A DNA stretch of 64,000 bases from Macrostomum lignano (lineage: Eukaryota): contig NIVC01001189.1 of assembly GCA_002269645.1 (NCBI GenBank), positions 186,001 to 250,000 of the forward strand, in the 5' to 3' direction. The translations under genes were made by a program, and so were the position numbers. Positions within the stretch are counted from its first letter, which is position 1. Each line of letters opens with the position of its first letter. A model generated the notes under the pieces. That model was not told where the DNA came from. It made no database searches and worked only from the letters and a program-made list of their open reading frames with translations. Positions 39,401 to 50,050 of the stretch are shown piece by piece.

Positions 39401-42400
39401 AACTTAATATCGATTCAAGGCAGAGGGTTGCAATTGAAAGTAGATTTCGGGTTAGAATGAAGCACACGAGCAGCCCAGTGACTAATTTAATCGTATAGCT
39501 TCTTGCGCTCAGTTAAATCATTTCTGTGTCCGATTCAAGAGTCAGTGTCTGAATCCTTCTGGTGGCCAGAAACTCGCATGTCTATGGCAAAAACTTTCGT
39601 GCTTAGTTAACGAACAGAAAACCTGAGCACCCAAAGCAGTGCAGTTTTATTTTAAGACCTTATTTAGCTGAGCGCCAAAAGTTAATTATTGATTACCCAT
39701 GATTTAAGGGTGTTAATGGCATATCCTTGGTTAGTGGGTTTATCGATATGCTATGCGCCATAGACATTTTTCCTTAGCCGGGCTTAGGGAAAGTGGAAGG
39801 TTTGGGGTGGAGTGGGGTGGGTGCGGGAATGGAGCCCCCGCGAGGAGAGTGTGGGGTGGGAGTGGGGTGGGTGCGGGAATGGAGCCCCCGCGAGGAGAGT
39901 GTGGGGTGGGAGTGGGGTGGGTGCGGGAATGGAGCCCCCGCGAGGAGAGTGTGGGGTGGGAGTGGGGTGGGTGCGGGAATGGAGCCCCGCGAGGAGAGTG
40001 TGGGGTGGGAGTGGGGTGGGTGCGGGAATGGAGCCCCCGCGAAGAGAGTGTGGGGTGGGTGCGGGAATGGAGCCCCCGCGAAGAGACTGTGGGGTGGGAG
40101 TGGGGTGGGTGCGGGAATGGAGCCCCGGCGAAGAGAGTTTGGGGGGGAGTGGGGTGGGTGCGGGAATGGAGCCCCAGCGAGGAGGGTATGAGGCGCAGCC
40201 TCCGCTCAATGCCATAGATAAAAATAAAAAGACAGAAAATAGTACTGTACTAAAACTCTAAGCAGAGACAACTGCGAGGCTATAAATAAATGGAAGATTT
40301 TGTTGGTGGATAATGACATTAAGTAATTTTCATATATTTTTCGCTGGCGATTGATTTGGGAGAACTTCAATAGAGTGAACGAGCTGCACTGGATGTTTTA
40401 CCTTATTGTTGAAATGGATGAGAATGGACGAGATCGGCTGCAGCACCTGCACAGGTGGTACAAGATTCTCGTCCCGCTTGTACCAGCGCTCCAGGTAGGT
40501 CGCCTCCTCAGCTGTGCCGTGCTGCCGCACAGTGTCCAGGATGAGGTCGAACTCGCTGGCGTCAATCAGGGTCGGGAAAGGCCTGTAGCCGTATTTCTGG
40601 CCTAGCAGCACCACGAAATTGGGGCCGACGCTGACACGCTGGCAGGTGCTGATCTCCTTCAGGCATAGGTACGTTGTCATGTGATCGTCCGTGGCCTCGT
40701 CTCTGACGCCCCAGCGCATGTCAACCACCTTCGATGGGTTAAAGTTAACAATAAGCTTGGTTCTAAGTTTGGTTCTTTTGAATAGTTACGAATTTTCACA
40801 AAGTCTGAGGTGTTACAAGCTGAGTGACTCGGCATCGCCCCCGAGTGACTCGGCATCGTCCCCGAGTGACTCAGCATAGCCCTAGAGTGACTCAGCATAG
40901 CCCCTAGAGTGACTCAGCATAGCCCTAGACTGACTCAGCATAGCCCCTAGACTGACTCAGCATAGCCCTAGACTGACTCAGCATAGCCCTAGAGTGACTC
41001 AGCATAGCCCTAGAGTGACTCAGCATAGCCCTAGACTGACTCAGCATAGCCCTAAGACTGACTCAGCATAGCCCCTAGAATGACTCAGCATAGCCCTAGA
41101 ATGACTCAGCATAGCCCTAGAGTGACTCAGCATAGCCCTAGACTGACTCAGCATAGCCCTAGAGTGACTCAGCATAGCCCTAGAGTGACTCAGCATAGCC
41201 CTAGACTGACTCAGCATAGCCCTAGACTGACTCAGCATAGCCCCTAGACTGACTCAGCATAGCCCTAGACTGACTCAGCATAGCCCTAAGACTGACTCAG
41301 CATAGCCCCTAGAATGACTCAGCATAGCCCTAGACTGACTCAGCATAGCCATAGAGTGACTCAGCATAGCCCTAGAGTGACTCAGCATAGCCCTAGACTG
41401 ACTCAGCATAGCCCTAGAGTGACTCAGCATAGCCCTAGAGTGACTCAGCATAACTCTAGAGTGATTCAGCATAGCCATATAGTGACTCAGCATAGCCCTA
41501 CTGACAAGCTTCCCGCATGCAAAAACATTTTGAATATTTTCCGCACCTGAAATTCCAGCCCATGCTGCTCCCTGCAATACTCCTTGATTTTTGGGTAAAT
41601 CCTCTCCATTAAAGAGTTGCGCTCGACGCCAGTATCTGAAAAGAGATCCGCGTTTCGTTGTTTGTATTTGAATCACCCAGTAGGCAATACGTAGCGTACT
41701 GATGGCGAGAAAGCTGGCATATGATTCACCTGTAAATGTCGAACTCGTGAAGATGCGCACAATTTTGCTTGGCATGGTCGGCAGGCCGTCCAGAAAGCCG
41801 CGGAAGATTTTGTCTACCACCGGGTGGCAGCCTCGGCTCAGCGCGCCCTCCAGAATCTCCGGCTCGGGGTCCTCCTCCTCGGGCTCCTCCTCGACCTCAG
41901 CCTCCTCCTCCGACAGCGAAGTGTAGTCCGCCGCCTCGCCCGTTTCTGCGTAGAGCTCTCCCGCTGCCGCTGCTTCCGCGTCCGGTTCTGCGCCGCCGCC
42001 TGCTTCCGGCTCCTCGCCGCCGCCGCTTCCGGCTCGTCCCGCGGGCACCCGCACGACCATCTGCTGCCGAACCACCGGGGCTCGTCGAATCGGCGCTGCC
42101 GCTGGTGTCGCCTGAGAAGCGGCTCCGTCTGCGACCTCTTCTTCTGCAGCTGGTGCAGCAGTTGAAGCCGCCTCACCTTGCTGCGTGTACGAGGCACCGG
42201 ACCGGCGCGAAGCAGCCGACGCTGTGGACGCCGCTTGCTGCTGTCTCCGCCGCTGCTGGTGCACCTGCTGGCGCTGCTGGCGCTGCAGCTGCTGTTGCTG
42301 CTGTCGCGACTGTCGCGTCGACTGCCTAGTCGGCGCCGCCTCTCCCGACGCCATCGAGGCCGGAGTCGCCGACACCGTCGGTGCCTGTTCCTCCGAGCGC

Positions 42401-45371
42401 GGCGGACTCTGCGACAGGAGCTGCCGCTGTTGAAGCGGCACTTCCGGATCGGACTCGGCGGCATCTTCGTCGTTATTGTCATCGAAGCTTTGAGGCCTGC
42501 CACCGGAAGCGGCGGTGGTGCCGGATGCCGCGGTGGCGGGCGACAGGCGGCGGCGCTGCTGCTTCCGCTGCTTCTGCTGCTGCCTGGAGTTGCGCTGCCT
42601 TGTTGGCCTGCAGATGCGGAAATCACGACAAATACACATCTTTCAGAATGTGTCTGGAGAGCTTCGAGGGCTATAAAACTAACCTTCAACATCGTACTGT
42701 TGTTTTATTCAAGCGTAGATGGATGATTTCAGAGTTGAAATTTAAAGAACTACACTAGATTAGTGCCCGAGGCGCCAAGATTAGTGCCCAAGGCGCCAAG
42801 ATTAGTGCCAGAGGCGCCAAGTTGAGTGCCCGAGGCGCCAAGATTAGTGCCAGAGGCGTCAAGATTAGTGCCCGAGGCGCCAATATTAGTGCCAGAGGTG
42901 TCAAGATTAGTGCCCGTGGCGCCAAGTTGAGTGCCAGAGGCGCCAAGATTAGTGATGAAGCGCCACGATTAGTGCCCAAGGCGCCAAGATTAGTGCCAGA
43001 GGCGCCAAGTTGAGTGCCAGAGGCGCCAAGATTAGTGCCAGAGGCGCCAAGTTGAGTGCCAGAGGCGCCAAGATTAGTGCCAGAGGCGCCAAGATTAGTG
43101 CCAGAGGCACCAAACTAATCCATCAGGTGCTGAAACCTGGCCTGAGGAGCTAAAAACTTTGAATCCTAAGCCCCCCAAACACCATCAAAGCCGAGGCCCA
43201 CCGCGGTTGACTTACGCCTCCGGCTGTGCTCCCGACAGTCGCGAATTGGCGACGGTCTCCGCTGCCTCCGCTGTTGAATCGGCGTTGTCCTCATAGCCGG
43301 AGCCGCCGGTCGCCTGCGTGTCCGGCGTTTTGGCCGCGGCAAGCAAAGTTTGCTTGGCCCGGACGCGATCCGGGCGGTCCCGCGTCTCCTGCCGGTCACC
43401 GTCCGGTCTCTCAATCTGGTCTTTCCTAGACCGATTTTTCCGACTTTTTCGGGGGACTGAGTCCTGCTGCTCTGTCGCGGGCAGCTCTGGACGGTCTGGC
43501 CTGTCGGATCTGTCTGGTCTGTCGGATCTGTCTGGTCTGTCGGATCTGTCTGGTCTGTCGGATCTGTCTGGTCTTTCAGATCTGTCTGGTCTGTCGGATC
43601 TGTCTGGTCTGTCGGATCTGTCTGGTCTGTCGGATCTGTCTGGTCTGTCGGATCTGTCTGGTCTGTCGGATCTGTCTGGTCTGTCGGATCTGTCTGGTCT
43701 TTCAGATCTGTCTGGTCTTTCAGATCTGTCTGGTCTGTCGGATCTGTCTGGTCTTTCAGATCTCTGTCGCCTTTCAGATTTATCCCGTCTGTGTGTTCTC
43801 TCAGACCTATCTGGTCTCTCAGACCTGTCTGGTCTCTCAGACCTGTCTGGTCTCTCAGACCTGTCTGGTCTGTCAGACCTGTCTGGTCTGTCAGACCTGT
43901 CTGGTCTCTCAGACTTGTCTGGTCTCTCTGACCTGTCTGGTCTCTCAGACCTGTCTGGCCTCTCAGACCGGTGCTTCCGACCTGTAGCATCTGGCGGATC
44001 CTGCCGGGCACGCATCTCAGACTTGAGAATTTTTGCTCCGCCGCTGTCAAGCTCGTCGGCAGCGGGGCGCCTTCGCTTGCCAGACCTTTCCCGCCGCTGC
44101 TTGAGGGCCACCTCCGCTTCCGCCTCCGCCTCTGTCGAGTCCGCCCTCGACTCGCCCGATTCGTCAATGTCGGGCTGTCTTCGACGCTTCGTCAGGCCCG
44201 TTGCTCCCGGAGTTGTCGACGTCGGCGGCAGCACGGGAAAGGCGGCCCGGCGCAGGTTGAGGCTCTCGACCGAGCCGGCCTGGCGCACCGGCCGGGCGCC
44301 CGTGGAGTTCAGATCCGGCACGCTGCGGTAGCTCCGGCCGCCGAGACCGCCGCCAACTGCTTCGCCAGCCTCGTCGTGGCCGCGACTTGCCGACGAGTCG
44401 CTTCGGGTCGCCCGCTCCTCTTCGTCCTCGTCGAACTCGTCTTCGTCTCTGTCTGAGACGATGGACTCCGACTCCGCGGAAGATGTTGAACGACGCCGAC
44501 GCTCTTCGAGTCGCTGCCGATGCCGCTGCAAATTGTGCAGCTGGCGCTGCCGCTGGTACTTCTGATAGGCCTCCTGGTCGGCCAGCTGGCTGCCGATGCT
44601 GCGCAGGACTCGCTTTGTCCGCTCCTGGGACGCCTCCGGGTTGTCCAGCGCTGGCAGGCGGTACTTCGCCGCTTTGCCGTAAGGATTCTGAGCAGCTGTT
44701 GGCTTCTTCTTCGACCGCTGAAATTGCGACTGCGAGTTCTGGTGCTGCTGCTGCTGCTGCTGCTGCTGCCGAGAGCCCGGGAAGTGCTGGACCAACGAGA
44801 ATTCCGACGCCTGCATCGGAGTGAGGGAGTTCAGCGCCTTGGAGAAGCTCGGCTGCAGCGAGCGCACGCCGAGCCCGGAGGCGCCAGCCGGAGACTCAAC
44901 CGGCAGCGAGCCAAAAGTCGCAGTGCCCAGCGGCCCGCCGCCCATCGTCGGCCTCTTCATGGCGGGCGCCTGGCCGATCGGCACGAAGGCCACCTCTCCG
45001 GGCTTCAGAAGCGACTTGGTAGGGGCAGCCTCCTGGCCGCCGGCGATGCGGACGTCGAACTGCTTGCCGGAGAACACGACAAGGACGTCCGTGTCCCGGC
45101 CGGTGACCCCTGGATGGAGGCCGCCGCCACCGCCTCCAGCTGCCGTAGAAGCCGCCGCAGCCGCCGCATTGCCGTCGCTGTAGTGTAATGCCGATGGCGC
45201 CGAGGCGCTGCCGCCTCCGCCGCCGTCGAAACCGCCGCCGATGCCGTCCAGCCGCTTCTTGGCCCGCTCGATGATCTCGCGCTCGAACTGCGGCCCGGCC
45301 ACTGGGATGAGGTTGGTCTTCTTCACCGTCACTGCAACCAGGCGGTGGCCGTGGCCCCGTGGACAGGACAT
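31670..45371 (-). CDS. NWD2: NACHT and WD40 repeat protein (NWD2-like STAND ATPase), predicted 2650 aa, nine exons
   Basis: Exons 45371-43216, 42607-41730, 41635-41547, 40728-40402, 38468-38324, 36864-36586, 35904-35759, 35667-35533 and 35467-31670. All introns are GT-AG and phase-compatible; 7953 nt in total. Motifs: KIVRIFTSSTFTD...ERN...VVDMRWGV (DUF4062-like), Walker A GDPGCGKT, Walker B VFLDSLEEL, WD40 repeats. The first exon and start codon are less certain than the rest. Confidence 0.9.
36336..36412. repeat. (CT)n microsatellite
   Basis: Pure dinucleotide run in an NWD intron. Confidence 0.98.
37035..37415. repeat. Degenerate 22-24 bp minisatellite CTATGATCCATTCTCAGACCCCT
   Basis: Direct tandem repeat in an NWD intron. 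Confidence 0.9.
39803..40185. repeat. 50-bp G-rich minisatellite, about 8 copies
   Basis: Unit GGGTGGGAGTGGGGTGGGTGCGGGAATGGAGCCCCCGCGAGGAGAGTGTG. Confidence 0.95.
40822..41502. repeat. 21-bp minisatellite with TGACTCAGCA core, about 32 copies
   Basis: Unit GACTCAGCATAGCCCTAGA(G/C)T; fills most of the NWD intron 40729-41546. Confidence 0.95.
42757..43110. repeat. 21-bp minisatellite AAGATTAGTGCCAGAGGCGCC, about 17 copies
   Basis: Direct tandem repeat inside the predicted intron 42608-43215. Confidence 0.95.
43490..43970 (-). repeat. Coding 18-bp repeat encoding (S[D/E]RPDR)n, about 24 canonical units
   Basis: Unit variants differ at third codon positions (AGA/AGG, TCC/TCT, GAC/GAG/GAA), as expected for a coding repeat. 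Confidence 0.85.
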
Positions 45372-46061
45372 GAGCACTATGGGCGACAGTGTTCTCACTA
45401 TTGTCTCCCAGAGACTTGCGCAGAGCTCTGACCCCGGCTCCGCTCCGCCAGCTTAAGACCCGCGGGATGCACAGCAGAGAAGCCCAACAGAGCGGCTTGG
45501 CCAAAGAGCAAAGAGAATTGTGGCTCTTCCCATTCACTCCCATTTTATTTCCCAATGTGACTTGGCGAGTTAAACATACAGTCTGCCCCCCGTCTGCTCT
45601 CCGCAGGCCCTACACTGGATGAAAGTCCACTCTCGGGGTTTTCTGTTCCCGCTTGAACCATTGATTGGCAGTTGAAGACACCTCCCTTTATACTTGCTCT
45701 TGTGGCAAATCAGCTGTGACTCAAGCTAAGCTATGAGTAGGCTTAGTGTGTTTGTCTTCTACTTTATTCTTCTCCCCATCATCCCTCCCAGCGCATAGCA
45801 ACCAGCTGTCACACCAGATGTGAGTCAATTCTTAAGACTGTAGCATCACCCGCCGTCACGCTGCGCTCAATGCTAGTTTTATTCCACTTTTTGCAAGCTA
45901 AACATGCGGGCCTCTTAAACGCGAAGATGGACCCGTTGGCCGCCTATGCCGGCCGGTGTTGTGTGCTTTGGCTGCGGCCGCAATTAAAAATAGCGGCTGT
46001 AATTAGTGCTGCCATTGTCTATCACCTGTTCTTGGCTAGAACAACTCCTTGAAACTTATTA

Positions 46062-46371
46062 ACCTGTTCCAGCTATAGCTATCTACCTGTTCCAGCTGTA
46101 GCTATCTACCTGCTCCAGCTGTAGCTTTCTACCTGTTCCAGCTGTAGCTATCTACCTGTTCCAGCTGTAGCTTTCTACCTGTTCCAGCTGTAGCTATCTA
46201 CCTGTTCCAGCTGTAGCTATCTACCTGTTCCAGCTGTAGCTATCTACCTGTTCCAGCTGTAGCTTTCTACCTGTTCCAGCTATAGCTATCTACCTGTTCC
46301 AGCTGTAGCTATCTACCTGTTCCAGCTGTAGCTTTCTACCTGCTCCAGCTGTAGCTATCTACCTGTTCCAG
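46062..46371. repeat. 23-bp minisatellite CTATCTACCTGTTCCAGCTGTAG, about 13 copies
   Basis: Direct tandem repeat. Confidence 0.95.
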
Positions 46372-47099
46372 CCCTTCCAGTTCACCCCATTTACCCTAGC
46401 AACTGCGAACTTGACAATTCGTGTCCCAGTCCCTCACCTGGCGGAGGCATGCCACTGATGGAGACTTTCCACAGGCTCTTGGTCTGCGGGCGTGCCTTTG
46501 GTCCCATTTCCATTAGTCGTCTGGAGTTGTTTATTTGTTATTGTCATGGTGATTGCTTATTCTTATTTAAAACATAAAACTATTAAAAAGGTAAGCGTAG
46601 TATTCATAGTGAACTTTATATATCCGTTATGATAGTGCGTATCATAGCAAAGTGTATGCATTGGATACATATTAATAAAAACAAAAACAATCCGGTAGTT
46701 CCATTGTCATATTCTATTAATAAATCTAGGACAATAAGTACAAAAAGCAGCACTTTCTACTAACTTAGTAGTGCAGAAGGAAAGTAAGTAGAAAAAACAT
46801 AATTTAGCTCTCTCTGGATAGTACCAAAGAGAAATGTTTGTAATAAAAATGAGTAAGTCTACCTGCTCAGAAACTGGCTAAAAGGCGATTAAAAAGAGTT
46901 TCATGTTTGTTGCCGCAGAAATGAATTGGTTCTGTCAAGAATACATAAGAAAATTGGTTTTGATTCTTGAGGTTCCAAATGTGCGGTGGGTTTCTAGAAA
47001 TTGTGTGCCCAAACGGCTAATTGCATCCAGGTCATGCGCGGCATGATCAAAGCTGAGCTGGTCTGAAATCAATTTCTTCTTTTTTTCACATTACAAGAG

Positions 47100-47512
47100 T
47101 GTTTCTGTCCCTCTGTCCTTATCTAATTTGTGATTGAATGATTCATGGAGTGTTCTTAAAACTGTGTTTGTATCCCTCTACCCTTTTGTGATTGGCTGAT
47201 TCGTTGGGGTGTTCTTGAAGCTGTGTTTGTGTCCCTCTACCCCTATCTTCTTTGTGATTGGCTGATTCATCGGGTGTTCTTAAAACTGTGTTTGTGTCCC
47301 TCTAGTCCTATCTTCTTTGTAATTGGCTGATTCATGGGGTGCTATTGTAGTTTTATTTGTGTCCCTCTACCCCTAACTCCTTTGTAATTGGCTGATTCTT
47401 GGGTTGCCATTGTAGTTGTACTTGTGTCCCTCTACCCATAACTCCTTTGTAATTGGCTGCTTCATGGGGTGCTATTGTAGTTGTATTTGTGTCCCTCTAC
47501 CCCAATCTCCTT
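47100..47512. repeat. Degenerate repeat of about 63 bp with ATTGGCTGATT core, about 6-7 copies
   Basis: Recurrent blocks TTTGTGTCCCTCTACCCC...TTTGT(G/A)ATTGGCTGATTC. Confidence 0.85.
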
Positions 47513-48300
47513 TGCCGTTCGATGAACTACTATGTTTTACCTTTATTTCGCAAATAGTAAAACAACTGCAGAAATGAGGTCTTAATGCTAACTATCAGAG
47601 TTTACCCCAGAGAAGAATACGTCAGAGAAGAGTGTTAAATTAAGAGTGACAATGGTTGTTCAGATCAGCAATTGATTTTGCCTTGGCAAGTCCTTGACAA
47701 TGGAGGTGGGTGGTTTATGCATGACAACTGGGCTCGGAGCAGAACAAAGAGACAATAGAGAGAGCCCAGCTGTGCTTTCGTCAGTCAGTCAGTTCAACTG
47801 CCGAACTAACAATACAATAACTATAGCTACTACTGCTATAAATAGTACATGGCCGGCTGCCGGCGCGCGTGACGTTAAGAAATGTAAGCTGGCTACGGAC
47901 AAATAGAGTTAGTAATAAAGAAATAAGTAAAGCTGCCTGAGTAAGGTGTTATAAATTTATGCCAATAAAATTTGAGGAAATGTTTCGTGCCCGACCTAGC
48001 GGTAGAGTCTGTTTGTTTCTCATCAGTGAGCAGCCTGCTCAGTAGTCATAGGCTGAGCAATGCTGGGCAGAGACTAGTTGCTATGCTTGAAATTAATTAT
48101 AAAACTTTAAAACCAATTCTCTTACAATTACAGCGGCCAAGCGTCACACAACTAAAACTAATCCTTTGCTAATCTGCCAACACTCACCTGGAGACACTGC
48201 GGCCTTTGTAAACTGCAAAAGTGTAGGGTAGATAACAAGGTACATGTATATTACATGATTAACTGTGGTTCTTAGGAACAAATGAATCACAAGAATTTTT

Positions 48301-48636
48301 AGGGATCACAAGATTCAGGGATCACAATACTAAGGGATCACAAGACTCAGGGATCACATGACTCAGGGATCACAAGACTAAGGGCTCATAAGACTAAGGG
48401 ATCACAAGACTCAGGGATCACATGACTCAGGGATCACAAGACTCAGGGATCACAAGACTAAGGGATCATAAGACTCAGGGATCACATGACTCAGGGATCA
48501 CAAGACTCAGGGATCACAAGACTCAGGGATCACATGACTCAGGGATCACAAGACTAAGGGATCATAAGACTAAGGGATCACAAGACTCAGGGATCACAAG
48601 ACTCAGGGATCACAAGACTCAGGGATCACAAGACTA
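48301..48636. repeat. 16-bp minisatellite GGGATCACAAGACTCA, about 21 copies
   Basis: Direct tandem repeat. Confidence 0.95.
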
Positions 48637-49794
48637 AAAAATTAAGATTAATATAGAAGGTAACTAGCAGTGCATAAATGGGTCAAGAAATGCGAGGCCT
48701 TATTAACGGCATACGAAAGCAACATGCTTCCAGATGGTCAGCGGAAGTGTCCAGATGTACTTTTGAAAAGTCGCACCCAGTTTGGCAAGGAGAGAGAAGG
48801 AAAGAGTGAAACAGAGGCAGTGAGAAGAGAGTCCAGGTAAGCAATGTTGCCAAGTTTCGCCATTTTCAGCTCCCGCTTAGCCCGTGGGTGGTTGCCAGCC
48901 TCCCCGGCAACCTTCTCCTTCCTCATCTAAGCTCTCTCTACGCGTCGCTTTTTAATCAGCTTCTCCCAAAGCTTGGGCGCCCAGGAAAGAAAGAAAGGAA
49001 AGGAAAGGAAAGACTGGGAGACAACCGACGTGCGAGAGCTTGTAAAAGCAAGGCGACTGCGGGCAGAGACAGAAATGGCACTATTTTCCACCTTTCAGGT
49101 GCTGCTTGCTGCTTCTAGTGCGTTTAGAAAAAATCTAAAATATTTAATAATCAGTTGGCGGGAGTTTGTCCTTCCTCTGCCTGTCTCGGCGCCTCCTCTG
49201 GCGTCCCCAGCAACAGCGTCTCTGCATCACGCAGGAGGCTGGGATGGGACCTTTTTTCCTCCCAATGGAGGGCTGCCGCCTTGTCGTCTATTGGTGCGCA
49301 GTCGATGTTTTCCTTTTAGCTTTCTTGGCTATGCAGGCCAAATCTGCGACTGTCCTGTTTCTCAGCTTGTTGTGCACTACTTTCGGAAATTTTCACCTTT
49401 GATTTTGCTTTTAGCTTAATAAATACACTCACTCGTTGTAAAGAAAAAGCTATTCGTTGAAATTAGCAATGGGGGCTAACTGAACCAGATGGCCGCCAGA
49501 GAAAACATTGGCGAGATGGGAAGTACTCAGTTCCCCAATATTTCACCTTCTGGAAGCCAGTTGTGTGTTTTTAGACGGATTTTCCCCGGACCGAATTTGT
49601 CTATGGTTAAACCAATTCAGCAGCAAATCTTTGCAAAATCCGTCGAGCAAGAAAACATCGATAAAGTACATATGTACTTTGGCGCTAAATTACTCGTATA
49701 AATATAATTATATTGGTTGTTGCGCTGATATTAATAATTATTTATTTGCCTTAATGACATCTGTGTGATGACAGATCACGCAGATCACACAGAG

Positions 49795-50050
49795 AGGGTT
49801 GTAGCCTAGTGGTAAAAGGGTTGGACTCACGACTTGAAGGTCCGGGGTTCGATTCCCGATCCCACTGGAATAATTGGTGTCCATTTAGCAAGAAACTTAA
49901 CTCTCTGCTCAGCTGTAAAATGGGTGCCAGCATTAGCTGGGGTAATTAAGGGTGTGCGTGGCGACCCCCACCCAATCCTTGGACTGAACAGCCGTTCTGA
50001 ACAATAGCTGCGGCTGAGCTGTCGGTTGCACATCTGGCCGAATTGGGGAA
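49795..50050 (+). mobile_element. tRNA-derived SINE family 1, copy
   Basis: TGTAGCCTAGTGG...GGGGTTCGATTCCCG...CAGCTGTAAAATGGGTGCCAGCATTAGCTGGGG; colinear with the 30426 copy. Confidence 0.85.

Noticed and set aside
41838-45555. Multiple overlapping ORFs on both strands
   Set aside because: GC-rich shadows of the NWD exons.
28182-50050. tRNA genes at the three SINE heads
   Set aside because: Anticodon and acceptor stems do not pair, and the sequence continues into a shared SINE body.
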